Source: Vulcanimicrobiaceae bacterium (GTDB taxonomy: Bacteria > Vulcanimicrobiota > Vulcanimicrobiia > Vulcanimicrobiales > Vulcanimicrobiaceae). From it: a stretch of 64,000 nucleotides of DNA. The position numbers and the translations under genes are program-made. Shown piece by piece: positions 16,801 through 25,915 of the stretch. Every line of letters starts with the position of its first letter. The stretch's first letter is position 1. Under the pieces are notes generated by a model. The model was not told the DNA's origin and did no database searches. It was given only the letters and a program-made list of their open reading frames with translations. Location of the stretch: contig DASZHL010000030.1 in the NCBI GenBank assembly GCA_035937855.1, positions 9,278 through 73,277 of the forward strand, written 5' to 3'.

Positions 16801-16968
16801 GAATTCCTGGTCCAAATGAAGGTCGCTTTGCGGGCGACGGTTGCGAGAATGACGCAAGCCCTCGATGCTGCGTTAACCAGCGCCCTTGCCGGTATGACAT
16901 CGAACGATATCTGGGGCTGGATTCATCACTGTGCATATGATCCTAAATCAAACCCCGATGTACTCTAA
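16801..16968 (+). mobile_element. 3' remnant of an IS630/Tc1-mariner-type transposase gene
   Basis: The frame reads EFLVQMKVALRATVARMTQALDAALTSALAGMTSNDIWGWIHHCAYDPKSNPDVL*. The pattern ...LK..LR......AL..A....L..IT..D..GWF.HCGY is the usual C-terminus of IS630-family transposases as I remember it. No upstream transposase body is present. Confidence 0.45.
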
Positions 16969-16971
16969 CCG

Positions 16972-18600
16972 TCAATTCTCCCATTCCCATGAATTCCAAT
17001 TATTCGTGACGTAGGTTGCCGGACGATAGTTTCGCAAGTCGCGGTTGTATGCGGCGGTGCCGACTTCCCAATAGAGCGGGATCATCGGCACAAGCGCGTG
17101 CGCGCGTGCCTCTTCGCGTTGATAGAGTTTCGCGCGAGTCGCGTGATCGAAACTGCGGACGGCGGCGTTGGCGAGGACGGTGAGTTCGCGATCACGGAGA
17201 AAACTCGTGTTTCCTCCGTAAGGGGGCACCGCCGTCGCGCTGAGAGTGTCGCGATTATCGGGGTCGGGTGCGTTCGTATCGATCGAGGTTTCGAGATCGT
17301 AGTGACCACCAAGAAGCGGACCGTTTTCGGAAAAGAGTACGCTTGCCGGATAATTCTTGATTGTTAAAACGATGCCGATCGTTCGAAGATCCTGTTGTAT
17401 CTGCACTTCCGAGCGAACGTTGGGCGCCAACGGTGTCGCGGAGATCGTCAGATGAAGAGGGACACCGTCACGAACGCGAATGCCGTCGCGTCCGACTCGG
17501 AAGCCCGCCGCATCGAGAAGACGACGCGCTTGCGCCGGATCATAGGCATACGGCGGAATTTTCGGCGCGGCCCAAGAACTTGGAACGATATCGCTGACGG
17601 CCGGAACATTGCGTTCGTGATACACCGTCTGCAACAGACGATGCCAATTGACGCCTTGCGCGAGCGCCCGACGGATGCGTACATCGTCGAGTGGTGGATG
17701 CGCCGTGTTGATCGTGATGCGCCGTCGATTTGCCAGCAATCGGCGTGCAACGGTGATTCCCGGAAGCGCGGAGGCGCGGTCAATCTGATCTTCCGAAACA
17801 TTGGGATCGACGTCGATTTCATGCGCGCTCAAGGCTGCGAACATCGTCTGATCGTCGGGAATCACTTTCCACAGGATTTCACGGGCTTTGGGTGGGCCAC
17901 GCCAATATCGCGGATTGGGAACGAAGCTCAGCGAGGCGCCGCGCTGCCATGAACGCAATACCCACGGACCGCTCGACAACGGTTGCTCATTGAACGCCGC
18001 GTGATCCAAACTCGGCAGTTTTTTCAAAAGGTGTGCGGGCAACGGTGGATATGCCGAACCGCCATTCGCGAACAAACCCAGCACCGTGACGTCGGGACGT
18101 TTGAGGGTGACGACGACGGTTGCGGGGTCGCGCAGGCGCATCGACGCGATCTCGTCCCAACCCGAACGCGTCTTTACGCTGTTCGCGGGATTCATCACCG
18201 CGGAATACGTGAACAGCAGATCGCGTCCGGTCAGTGGTACTCCGTCAGACCAGAGAACATTGCGCCGCAGATGCAGCACGATGCGGGTTCCGTCGGGCGA
18301 GATGCCGCCGTTCGCACGGGTCGGTACCTCGCTCGCTAATTCGGGAATGAAATTCCCATCGGGATCGTACCGGAAAAGCGGTGCGAACAGCAGCGCGTCG
18401 ATATCGTCGGTCGCCGCGCTATTACCCAAGAGCGGGTTGATATTATCGGGTTCGGCCGGGACGCCGATCCGCACGGTGCCGGGAAGTGTCCATGCGTTGT
18501 GTTCGCCAGGCGAGTTACTCGGTATAACCCGTGTGCAAGCGCCGAGTGCGATCGCGAGCATGATGCCGACGAGTGTGCCGAATGCGTTCGATGTCCTCAT
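16972..18600 (-). CDS. ABC transporter substrate-binding lipoprotein, peptide/nickel family 5
   Basis: I set the start at Met 18600 (MRTSNAFGTLVGIMLAIALGAC lipobox), which overlaps the upstream stop as ATGA. Family-5 SBP body (NPLLGNSAATDD, WSDG.PLT..D). Confidence 0.85.
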   Translation of the reverse strand: MRTSNAFGTLVGIMLAIALGACTRVIPSNSPGEHNAWTLPGTVRIGVPAEPDNINPLLGNSAATDDIDALLFAPLFRYDPDGNFIPELASEVPTRANGGISPDGTRIVLHLRRNVLWSDGVPLTGRDLLFTYSAVMNPANSVKTRSGWDEIASMRLRDPATVVVTLKRPDVTVLGLFANGGSAYPPLPAHLLKKLPSLDHAAFNEQPLSSGPWVLRSWQRGASLSFVPNPRYWRGPPKAREILWKVIPDDQTMFAALSAHEIDVDPNVSEDQIDRASALPGITVARRLLANRRRITINTAHPPLDDVRIRRALAQGVNWHRLLQTVYHERNVPAVSDIVPSSWAAPKIPPYAYDPAQARRLLDAAGFRVGRDGIRVRDGVPLHLTISATPLAPNVRSEVQIQQDLRTIGIVLTIKNYPASVLFSENGPLLGGHYDLETSIDTNAPDPDNRDTLSATAVPPYGGNTSFLRDRELTVLANAAVRSFDHATRAKLYQREEARAHALVPMIPLYWEVGTAAYNRDLRNYRPATYVTNNWNSWEWEN

Positions 18601-19667
18601 GCAACCTGGGCGTTTGCGCGCAGACGAGTTCCTTTCCCTTTGAGTAGCGGAGCGATCGCGGAAAAAAGAGCCTGCGGACTGTTGCGAACGACGTCGGCGC
18701 AGGGAAGCCCGGTTTGCGTACGGGCATCGGCGATCGCCTCTTGCGCTTGGGCATCGTCGAGTCCGTAAGTGTTCAGTGCGATACCGACGACTCGTGCGGG
18801 TTTGACCGTGGCGCATAGACGCTCATAGATGTCAATGAGTTCACCATACGACAGCAATGGTGTGCCGAAGGTGCGGATTTCGCGGCGACCGGCCTGATGG
18901 ACGAGGATGAGCGAATCAGGAGCGCTGCCGTACAGCAACGCCAGCGTCACGGGCGCATACGCCGGATGGTTGATGCCGCCCTGTCCCTCGATGAAGAGCA
19001 GATCGTGACCCGGTGCATGTTCCACGACGAGCCGCTCGGCCGCTCCCGGTGCGAAATCCGAGACGACACGATCGATCGCGATACCACTTCCTGCGATCAT
19101 GATGCCGGTTTGCCCGGTGGCGACGAAGCGCGAACGGATCCCTCGTTGTCGAGCGGCGCGATTGACCTCCAGAGCCGCCGTCATCTTCCCGACGTTGCAA
19201 TCGCTGCCGACGAAGAGCGTTACGTGGGGCGCGACGTTATACGCCGCACCTGAGAACAGCGGGACCGTCGGCGGCACCCGCACGTCCCAGATCGAACTTT
19301 TTCCGCGCACGGCGGCCGCGGCGAATTCGGGATCTTTTCCCAACTCGTCGTGGAGACCGCTGACGACTTCAAGCCCCGCTTCCAGCGCCGCGATAATCGC
19401 CGTTCTCCAAGTGGAAGGCAGCGCGCCGCCTTCAGGAGCGACGCCGACAAGTAACGATGTCGGCTTGAACGCGAGTGCGGAACGCAAATCGGCGACGATC
19501 GGCGCATCACCGGCGAGATACGGTAGCACGTCACGAACGCGACGACCCGCATGATCGGGATCAATGACAACGACACTCGGATCGCTCGAATAGGCGAGAA
19601 CTCCGTGCGCCGTCTTCGCCGCGCTTTGCGTGAAGAATCCAGGGGAAAAAATCGCATAGCGTCTCAA
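18597..19667 (-). CDS. DUF1611 family protein (DgcN-like putative N-acetyltransferase)
   Basis: TTG start at 19667 with AAGGAG 7 nt upstream (RRYAIFSPGFF...). LFVGSDCNVGKMTAALE P-loop-like segment. I recognise it as DUF1611. Confidence 0.75.
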   Translation of the reverse strand: MRRYAIFSPGFFTQSAAKTAHGVLAYSSDPSVVVIDPDHAGRRVRDVLPYLAGDAPIVADLRSALAFKPTSLLVGVAPEGGALPSTWRTAIIAALEAGLEVVSGLHDELGKDPEFAAAAVRGKSSIWDVRVPPTVPLFSGAAYNVAPHVTLFVGSDCNVGKMTAALEVNRAARQRGIRSRFVATGQTGIMIAGSGIAIDRVVSDFAPGAAERLVVEHAPGHDLLFIEGQGGINHPAYAPVTLALLYGSAPDSLILVHQAGRREIRTFGTPLLSYGELIDIYERLCATVKPARVVGIALNTYGLDDAQAQEAIADARTQTGLPCADVVRNSPQALFSAIAPLLKGKGTRLRANAQVA

Positions 19668-19681
19668 GGTTAAAAATCTCC

Positions 19682-20689
19682 TTACGTTTTCGCATTCGCG
19701 CGTTCGACGACGCCCAGTCCCGGGCCGTCGGGTAGAATGATTTTTCCGTTCTCGTATCCGATACCGACGAAGGGATCGTCTTTGACCAGGAGCGGCCCGT
19801 CGAGATCGGCCCAATCAACCAGCGGTGAGAGATGAGCACCCGCCGTTGACGAGATCGCGCTTTCGAGCATGCAGCCGATCATAACCTTGAAGCCGAGCGA
19901 CCTTGCTGTGTGAATCATCGAGAGTCCCGCGCGCAATCCGCCGCATTTGACGAGTTTTACGTTGACGCCGTCGACGCAGTCGATGAGATTTCCCAGGTCG
20001 GATGCGAAACGCGAATCTTCGTCCGCGACGATCGGAATTTTGCTCCGTTCGCGAATATAGCGAAGCCGCTCGGGAGTGCCGGCGGGGACGGGTTGTTCGC
20101 AATACTCGATGTCGTAGCGTTCCAATTCGTGTAAGATCCGAACGGATTCTTCGGCATTCCAACCTTCGTTTGCGTCGATGCGAATCGCGCCCGTGTAGTG
20201 CGAGCGAATCGCCGAGATTATTTCAATCTCGTTGCCGGTCCCCAGTTTGATCTTGAGCACCGGATGCGCGCGAGCTTCCTGAACCTTCGTGAGCATGACG
20301 TCGATGCTGTCGAGGCCGATCGTGAACGACGTGAGCGGTGTTTTGCTCGGATCCAGCCCGAAAAGCTGCCACAACGGGCGGCCGAGATCTTTTCCGATGA
20401 GATCGTGCAGGGCGAAATCGAATCCGCAACGCGCCGCCGGCGGGATTCCCGGATGCAAGAGTTCTTCAAGACGATACGGATCGTCGCCGGCCGGTTGATG
20501 CCCGGCGAAATACGTAAGAATCGAGTCAACACTTTCGGAATAACGCGCCGACGGTGCGGATTCTCCGAGTCCTTCGAGATCGCGCCAATGCAGACGGAAC
20601 AAGGCGGTGACCGCTTCGTTCTGAGACCCGCGGGTAATTGTGAACGGATGCTTGAGCGGGATCGAAAGTTTGCGAATATCGAGCTTCAT
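19682..20689 (-). CDS. enolase-superfamily dipeptide (L-Ala-D/L-Glu) epimerase / N-acyl-amino-acid racemase-like
   Basis: KIKLG, IRIDANEGW, EYCEQPV, IVADED, VKLVKCGG and MIGCMLES are MR/MLE subgroup motifs. Confidence 0.85.
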   Translation of the reverse strand: MKLDIRKLSIPLKHPFTITRGSQNEAVTALFRLHWRDLEGLGESAPSARYSESVDSILTYFAGHQPAGDDPYRLEELLHPGIPPAARCGFDFALHDLIGKDLGRPLWQLFGLDPSKTPLTSFTIGLDSIDVMLTKVQEARAHPVLKIKLGTGNEIEIISAIRSHYTGAIRIDANEGWNAEESVRILHELERYDIEYCEQPVPAGTPERLRYIRERSKIPIVADEDSRFASDLGNLIDCVDGVNVKLVKCGGLRAGLSMIHTARSLGFKVMIGCMLESAISSTAGAHLSPLVDWADLDGPLLVKDDPFVGIGYENGKIILPDGPGLGVVERANAKT

Positions 20690-21256
20690 AACAAGCCCTT
20701 GTTCCGATTTACGTGTTGCTCCTGGTCTGAGCTATCGAAAAAAGCGATCTCTGAGCGGAGGTCCGAAGAGAAGGCTCCTCGATGCGGAGGAGCCCTTCCG
20801 GTGGTTCTGTCAAGTCTTGACCTGGGTGGGATAATCCTTACAGACGAAGACTGTGCTCGCACGCGTACTTGCTTTGGTGTTGGACCAACGTTACCACCAA
20901 GGGAGCATCAGCTCCGGATACGACAGGACGGAATCGGTTTACCGATCCCACCCGGCGCCCGGGCCGCACCCACCTGCCAAAAAGCAGGTCTAAACCGGGC
21001 ATGCAGACGGCAGCGCGGTCCTCGTCCCGGCATTTGCGCGCCACAGGCCCCAGGGCGTCGTTGGTCGCCTCTCGCCCATCCATGGGCTTCGGCGACACTA
21101 GCGCATCCTGCGCGTCGCGCCGACCGCTCATGTATATCCGTATACACATCGCGGCGCCGCGCCTAGCCCTGAGGCCTGTGACACACAAATGCCCGCTGAG
21201 TGTTGTCTGGTCCGGTCACGAGGAACTGGGCGTGAGTCACCTCACCGCGACGTTGA

Positions 21257-21967
21257 TCAGTGCAGCTTGGATGAGGCGTGGAGGCTCTCGCGGAGTCGGG
21301 TGATTGTCGGCGTGGGATCGTCGCTTTCTTGGACGTCGATGAGGGTGAAGCCGCGTAGCGTGGCTGCGGCCCGGATGAGAGGGGCGAGGTCCGGTTCCGA
21401 AGGCTCTTTCTCGACTTCGAGGATTCCGATGACGCTTCGCGCGGCGAGGGGGGCGAGTTCATCCGAGGAGAGTCCGACGATGCTCGGAGCATAGCGAAGC
21501 CAGGAACTGTCACAATCCTTCGTCAGGCGTTTGAGGGCGGCTCCGTCTCCACAGAGCGTGTTTGCAGCGTTCCGTACGGCGATTGGGATATTTCGCGCCT
21601 TCGCTTCGCTCGCACGTTCACGTGACGTGGCGACCAGGCGCGGCCAGGCGTTGGGATCGGAATCGACGGCAGGAGCCGACGCGATGACCAGAGGTGATCC
21701 CAGCATTTGAGCGCGCTCCAACCAAGGCGCGCCGGCTGGGTCGAAGAGCGTCTCCGTTGCAAGCCCCGCGATCGTCAGGCCAAGATCGACGCAGAGTTTC
21801 TTCAATTGGGCGAGATATTCGACGTCGGTGCGGGGAAAATGCACGGCATCGAAGACGACGCCTTCAAGGGCGAGCGTGTTCGCGCACTGATCAAGCCATT
21901 CGAGTTGTGTGAGGCGTCCATTGCTGAGCAGGCGACCAAAGGAACGGCTGGAGGAAGCGGCTTTCAT
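21257..21967 (-). CDS. sugar phosphate isomerase/epimerase (xylose-isomerase-like TIM barrel)
   Basis: C-terminal 237 aa of the 443-aa track ORF (MKAASSSRSF...). The N-terminal part of that ORF is antisense to rpiB and was rejected. Confidence 0.55.
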   Translation of the reverse strand: MKAASSSRSFGRLLSNGRLTQLEWLDQCANTLALEGVVFDAVHFPRTDVEYLAQLKKLCVDLGLTIAGLATETLFDPAGAPWLERAQMLGSPLVIASAPAVDSDPNAWPRLVATSRERASEAKARNIPIAVRNAANTLCGDGAALKRLTKDCDSSWLRYAPSIVGLSSDELAPLAARSVIGILEVEKEPSEPDLAPLIRAAATLRGFTLIDVQESDDPTPTITRLRESLHASSKLH

Positions 21968-22030
21968 TATTTTTGTCGCTTGGCGGCGCTTGCGGGCCCA
22001 ACCTGCGGGCTCGTCGAAATGCGCTCGGCC

Positions 22031-22546
22031 ATGAAGATAGCTCTTGCTGCCGATCACGCCGGCTTTCAATACAAAAATCAGATCGCCGCGAACCTCCAGG
22101 AGTCCGGTCACGAGATTCTCGATCTTGGAACTCATGACGACACCCCCGTCGACTACCCGGACTACGGTTTTGCCGTGGGAGAGGCGATCGCGTCGGGAAC
22201 ATGCGAACGGGGCATCCTCGTCTGTGGATCCAGCATCGGAATCGCGATCGCCGCGAACAAGGTTCCGGGAATTCGCTGTGCGAGCGTCAACGAGCCGCTT
22301 ACGGCGGAGTTGGCGCGGCGCCACAACGATATTAACGTGCTGTCTGTAGGCGAACGACTCAGCGGTTGGGAGATGATCGTGCGCTTGGTCGAAGTCTTTT
22401 TGACGACGCCCTTCGACGGAGGACGTCATGCCTATCGAACCTCCAAGCTGAACGACTATCAGTCGGCCGTGCGAGTGAAAGCGCAAGCCGATGTGGTGCG
22501 CGGAATCGTCGATGGAGCGCGGACGCCCCAAGAGGTGCTGGGATGA
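22031..22546 (+). CDS. rpiB: ribose-5-phosphate isomerase B
   Basis: MKIALAADHAGF...ILVCGSSIGIAIAANKVPGIRCA...ARRHNDINVL. Start at ATG 22031 inside the longer track ORF. Confidence 0.85.
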   Translation: MKIALAADHAGFQYKNQIAANLQESGHEILDLGTHDDTPVDYPDYGFAVGEAIASGTCERGILVCGSSIGIAIAANKVPGIRCASVNEPLTAELARRHNDINVLSVGERLSGWEMIVRLVEVFLTTPFDGGRHAYRTSKLNDYQSAVRVKAQADVVRGIVDGARTPQEVLG

Positions 22547-23079
22547 GCCGGGTTCGGGCTCGCGGTCGAGCGCGGCGTGAAGGCGCACGCGGCGAGCGAA
22601 ATGTGGTGATTGCGCCGGTGCCCCATAGGAGCGCCGAAGTCGTACCCGATGAGGCGGTCGTACGGCGCTGGATGTTCACGATTCGGCTCCTCGTAATCGG
22701 CAGTGTTACCTATATCGTCGGAGTATTGATCGCCGCATTCGCTTTCAACGCTCTCGTCGGAGCGGCATTCCTCATCATCGGGCTGCTCGCGCTTTTGGCG
22801 GCGATGATCGTGAGCATGAAGCGCTATGATGGACTCCCGACGACTGGGCCGAGTCTTGCGCGTCTGCGTATCGTGATGTGGGCACTTCTCGGTGTCAGCC
22901 TCGCATTGCTCGCGGCGGATTACAGCGTGCGTGATCAGGCGCCGGTGCAGCTTGCCCGCGTGCTCCATCTCGCCTGGCTTCCGCCCTTCGCGTGGTTCTC
23001 CGTTCTGAGTGCGCGCTTCATCCAACGCAGCACGCCTCCAAAGGGAAGCAACGCCTCATCGCCAGAACGAGGAAAGTGA
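22543..23079 (+). CDS. membrane protein, 4 predicted TM helices
   Basis: The ATG overlaps the rpiB stop (ATGA). Hydrophobic stretches IGSVTYIVGVLIAAFAF, AAFLIIGLLALLAAMIV and VMWALLGVSLALLAA. Confidence 0.5.
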   Translation: MSRVRARGRARREGARGERNVVIAPVPHRSAEVVPDEAVVRRWMFTIRLLVIGSVTYIVGVLIAAFAFNALVGAAFLIIGLLALLAAMIVSMKRYDGLPTTGPSLARLRIVMWALLGVSLALLAADYSVRDQAPVQLARVLHLAWLPPFAWFSVLSARFIQRSTPPKGSNASSPERGK

Positions 23080-23147
23080 CGGTATTTTCGATTGCGATGA
23101 CGAAGGACTGACCACCGTTCGTCCGTCCTTTCCATTGGGAGATCTCG

Positions 23148-24395
<1,248 letters not shown>

Positions 24396-24415
24396 GAGTG
24401 TGCTAGAATCGTTAT

Positions 24416-25804
24416 GTGTCGCCAACGAACTTGAACATACCGGACTTCTCTCTGGTTATGCTTATCGGCATCCCCGGATCTGGAAAATCGACCTTTGCCT
24501 CACGCCATTTTTCGCCAACTGAAATAGTTTCGACGCAGTTCACTCGTGCTTTGATCACCGATGATGCGAGCAATCCCGGCCCGGATTCCGATGTATCCGA
24601 GGTCATGAAACTGTTGGTAGAAAAGCGTCTCGCGCGGCGTCGCCTCAGCGTCGTGGATGCAACGAATGTGCGGAAGGATCATCGGCAATATTTCCTCGAT
24701 CTCGCTCATATCTATCATGTCCCCGTCGTTGCGATCGTGTTCGATCTGAATGAAGAGCTTTGCATTCAGCGTCCGCGCGCCAAAAATTCACAGGACCGCG
24801 GTGCGAACGTCTTCAGACGCGAAGCAGAATTACTTCGGCAGAGCCTGCGCGGATTGACGGACGAGGGCTATTCGAACGTGTACACGTTCTCCAGTCCTGA
24901 GGAAGTCGATGCCGCATCGGTTAAGCGCGTTCCGCTTTCCGTCGATCGTCGCGGGGACCATGGACCCTTCGACGTCATCGGTGACGTACACGGTTGTTTT
25001 GACGAACTTGTCACGTTGCTCAATGTCCTTGGCTATCGTCGTGAGGAACGTGGAGGAAAAGACGCGTATGCGCATCCCGAGGGGCGCCGTGTCATATTTG
25101 TCGGAGATCTCGTCGATCGCGGTCCGGGAGTCGTCACGGCCTTTGAACTGATGATGGACATGGTTGACGCCGGAACGGCCCTGTGCGTCGAGGGAAATCA
25201 CGACGAGAAGTTCATAAGGAAGCTCAACGGGCGTGACGTAAAAGTGAAGGAGGGTCTCGCCAAGACGCTCGCGCAAATTGAGGCCTTGCCGTCGGTCGAG
25301 CGCAATTCGTTCATCGAACGCGTTCGTGCGTTTGCCGACTGCATGAGCAGCCATTATTGGCTGGACGACGGAAAACTCGTCGTCGCGCATGCTGGTTTGG
25401 GCGAAGCGATGCACGGCCGGGACTCATCAGCGGTGCAAGAATTCGCGCTCTACGGCGCGCGTTCGAACGACAAGAATGCCAAGGACGAATTCGGACGTGC
25501 CGTGCGTTATGATTGGGCTGCAAACTATCGCGGAGGAGCGTTTGTCGTCTACGGCCATATGGCGGTGCTTCGTGCGGAATGGCGGAATCGGACAATTTGC
25601 ATCGATACGGGCTGTGTATACGGCGGAGAACTCACGGCTTTGCGGTACCCGGAGCGTGAAATCGTGAGCGTTCCGGCAAAGAAGAGGTATTGGGACGATG
25701 GACGCCCCCTTCAGGAGATCGGAGAGACACTTCTCGCTCCGCCGGATTCGATGCCGGACGAACTCTCAGGAGACGCGAAGCGACTTTTCTCGCACCGCCG
25801 TTAA
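24416..25804 (+). CDS. P-loop kinase fused to calcineurin-like metallophosphatase (polynucleotide kinase-phosphatase-like, no ligase domain)
   Basis: GIPGSGKST Walker A, then GDVHGCFDEL, FVGDLVDRGP and EGNHDEK phosphoesterase motifs. Confidence 0.75.
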   Translation: MSPTNLNIPDFSLVMLIGIPGSGKSTFASRHFSPTEIVSTQFTRALITDDASNPGPDSDVSEVMKLLVEKRLARRRLSVVDATNVRKDHRQYFLDLAHIYHVPVVAIVFDLNEELCIQRPRAKNSQDRGANVFRREAELLRQSLRGLTDEGYSNVYTFSSPEEVDAASVKRVPLSVDRRGDHGPFDVIGDVHGCFDELVTLLNVLGYRREERGGKDAYAHPEGRRVIFVGDLVDRGPGVVTAFELMMDMVDAGTALCVEGNHDEKFIRKLNGRDVKVKEGLAKTLAQIEALPSVERNSFIERVRAFADCMSSHYWLDDGKLVVAHAGLGEAMHGRDSSAVQEFALYGARSNDKNAKDEFGRAVRYDWAANYRGGAFVVYGHMAVLRAEWRNRTICIDTGCVYGGELTALRYPEREIVSVPAKKRYWDDGRPLQEIGETLLAPPDSMPDELSGDAKRLFSHRR

Positions 25805-25915
25805 CATCCGCCGCCGTGGAAAGGAATTTTTACTCAAAGCCTGAAATTTAAACCCCCCTTCAACGAGTCGGATCGCATTGCTCGGCTCGCTTATCTCTTC
25901 GATTCGGGAGTGTCT

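Noticed and set aside
18597-19814. 405-aa version of the DUF1611 ORF and 614-aa version of the SBP ORF (16972..18816)
   Set aside because: The N-terminal extensions are Arg-rich, overlap the upstream genes, and precede much better starts: TTG 19667 with AAGGAG, and ATG 18600 giving a lipoprotein signal peptide.
20810-20822. 13-mer tcaagtcttgacc (palindromic TCAAG-T-CTTGA) shared between 20810 and 49375, considered as a possible operator
   Set aside because: In 64 kb on both strands, tens of identical 13-mer pairs are expected by chance (about N^2 / 4^13). There is no third copy or consistent gene context.
20690-21256. RNase P RNA, tmRNA, SRP RNA, or a cobalamin/TPP/ydaO riboswitch in the structured gap
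   Set aside because: None of the universal signature strings I know was found on either strand: GGAAAGUCCGG and ACAGAA.CCGGCUUA; 3' CUCCACCA with an ..LAA tag ORF; GGAAGCAGCC; GCCACUG; CUGAGA...ACCUGA. The region is kept only as an unexplained-structure finding.
21257-22588. 443-aa minus-strand ORF spanning the whole rpiB region
   Set aside because: Only the C-terminal 237 aa (from Met 21967) look like a real TIM-barrel sugar-phosphate isomerase. The N-terminal part is Arg/Asp/His-rich junk exactly antisense to a convincing rpiB (22031..22546).
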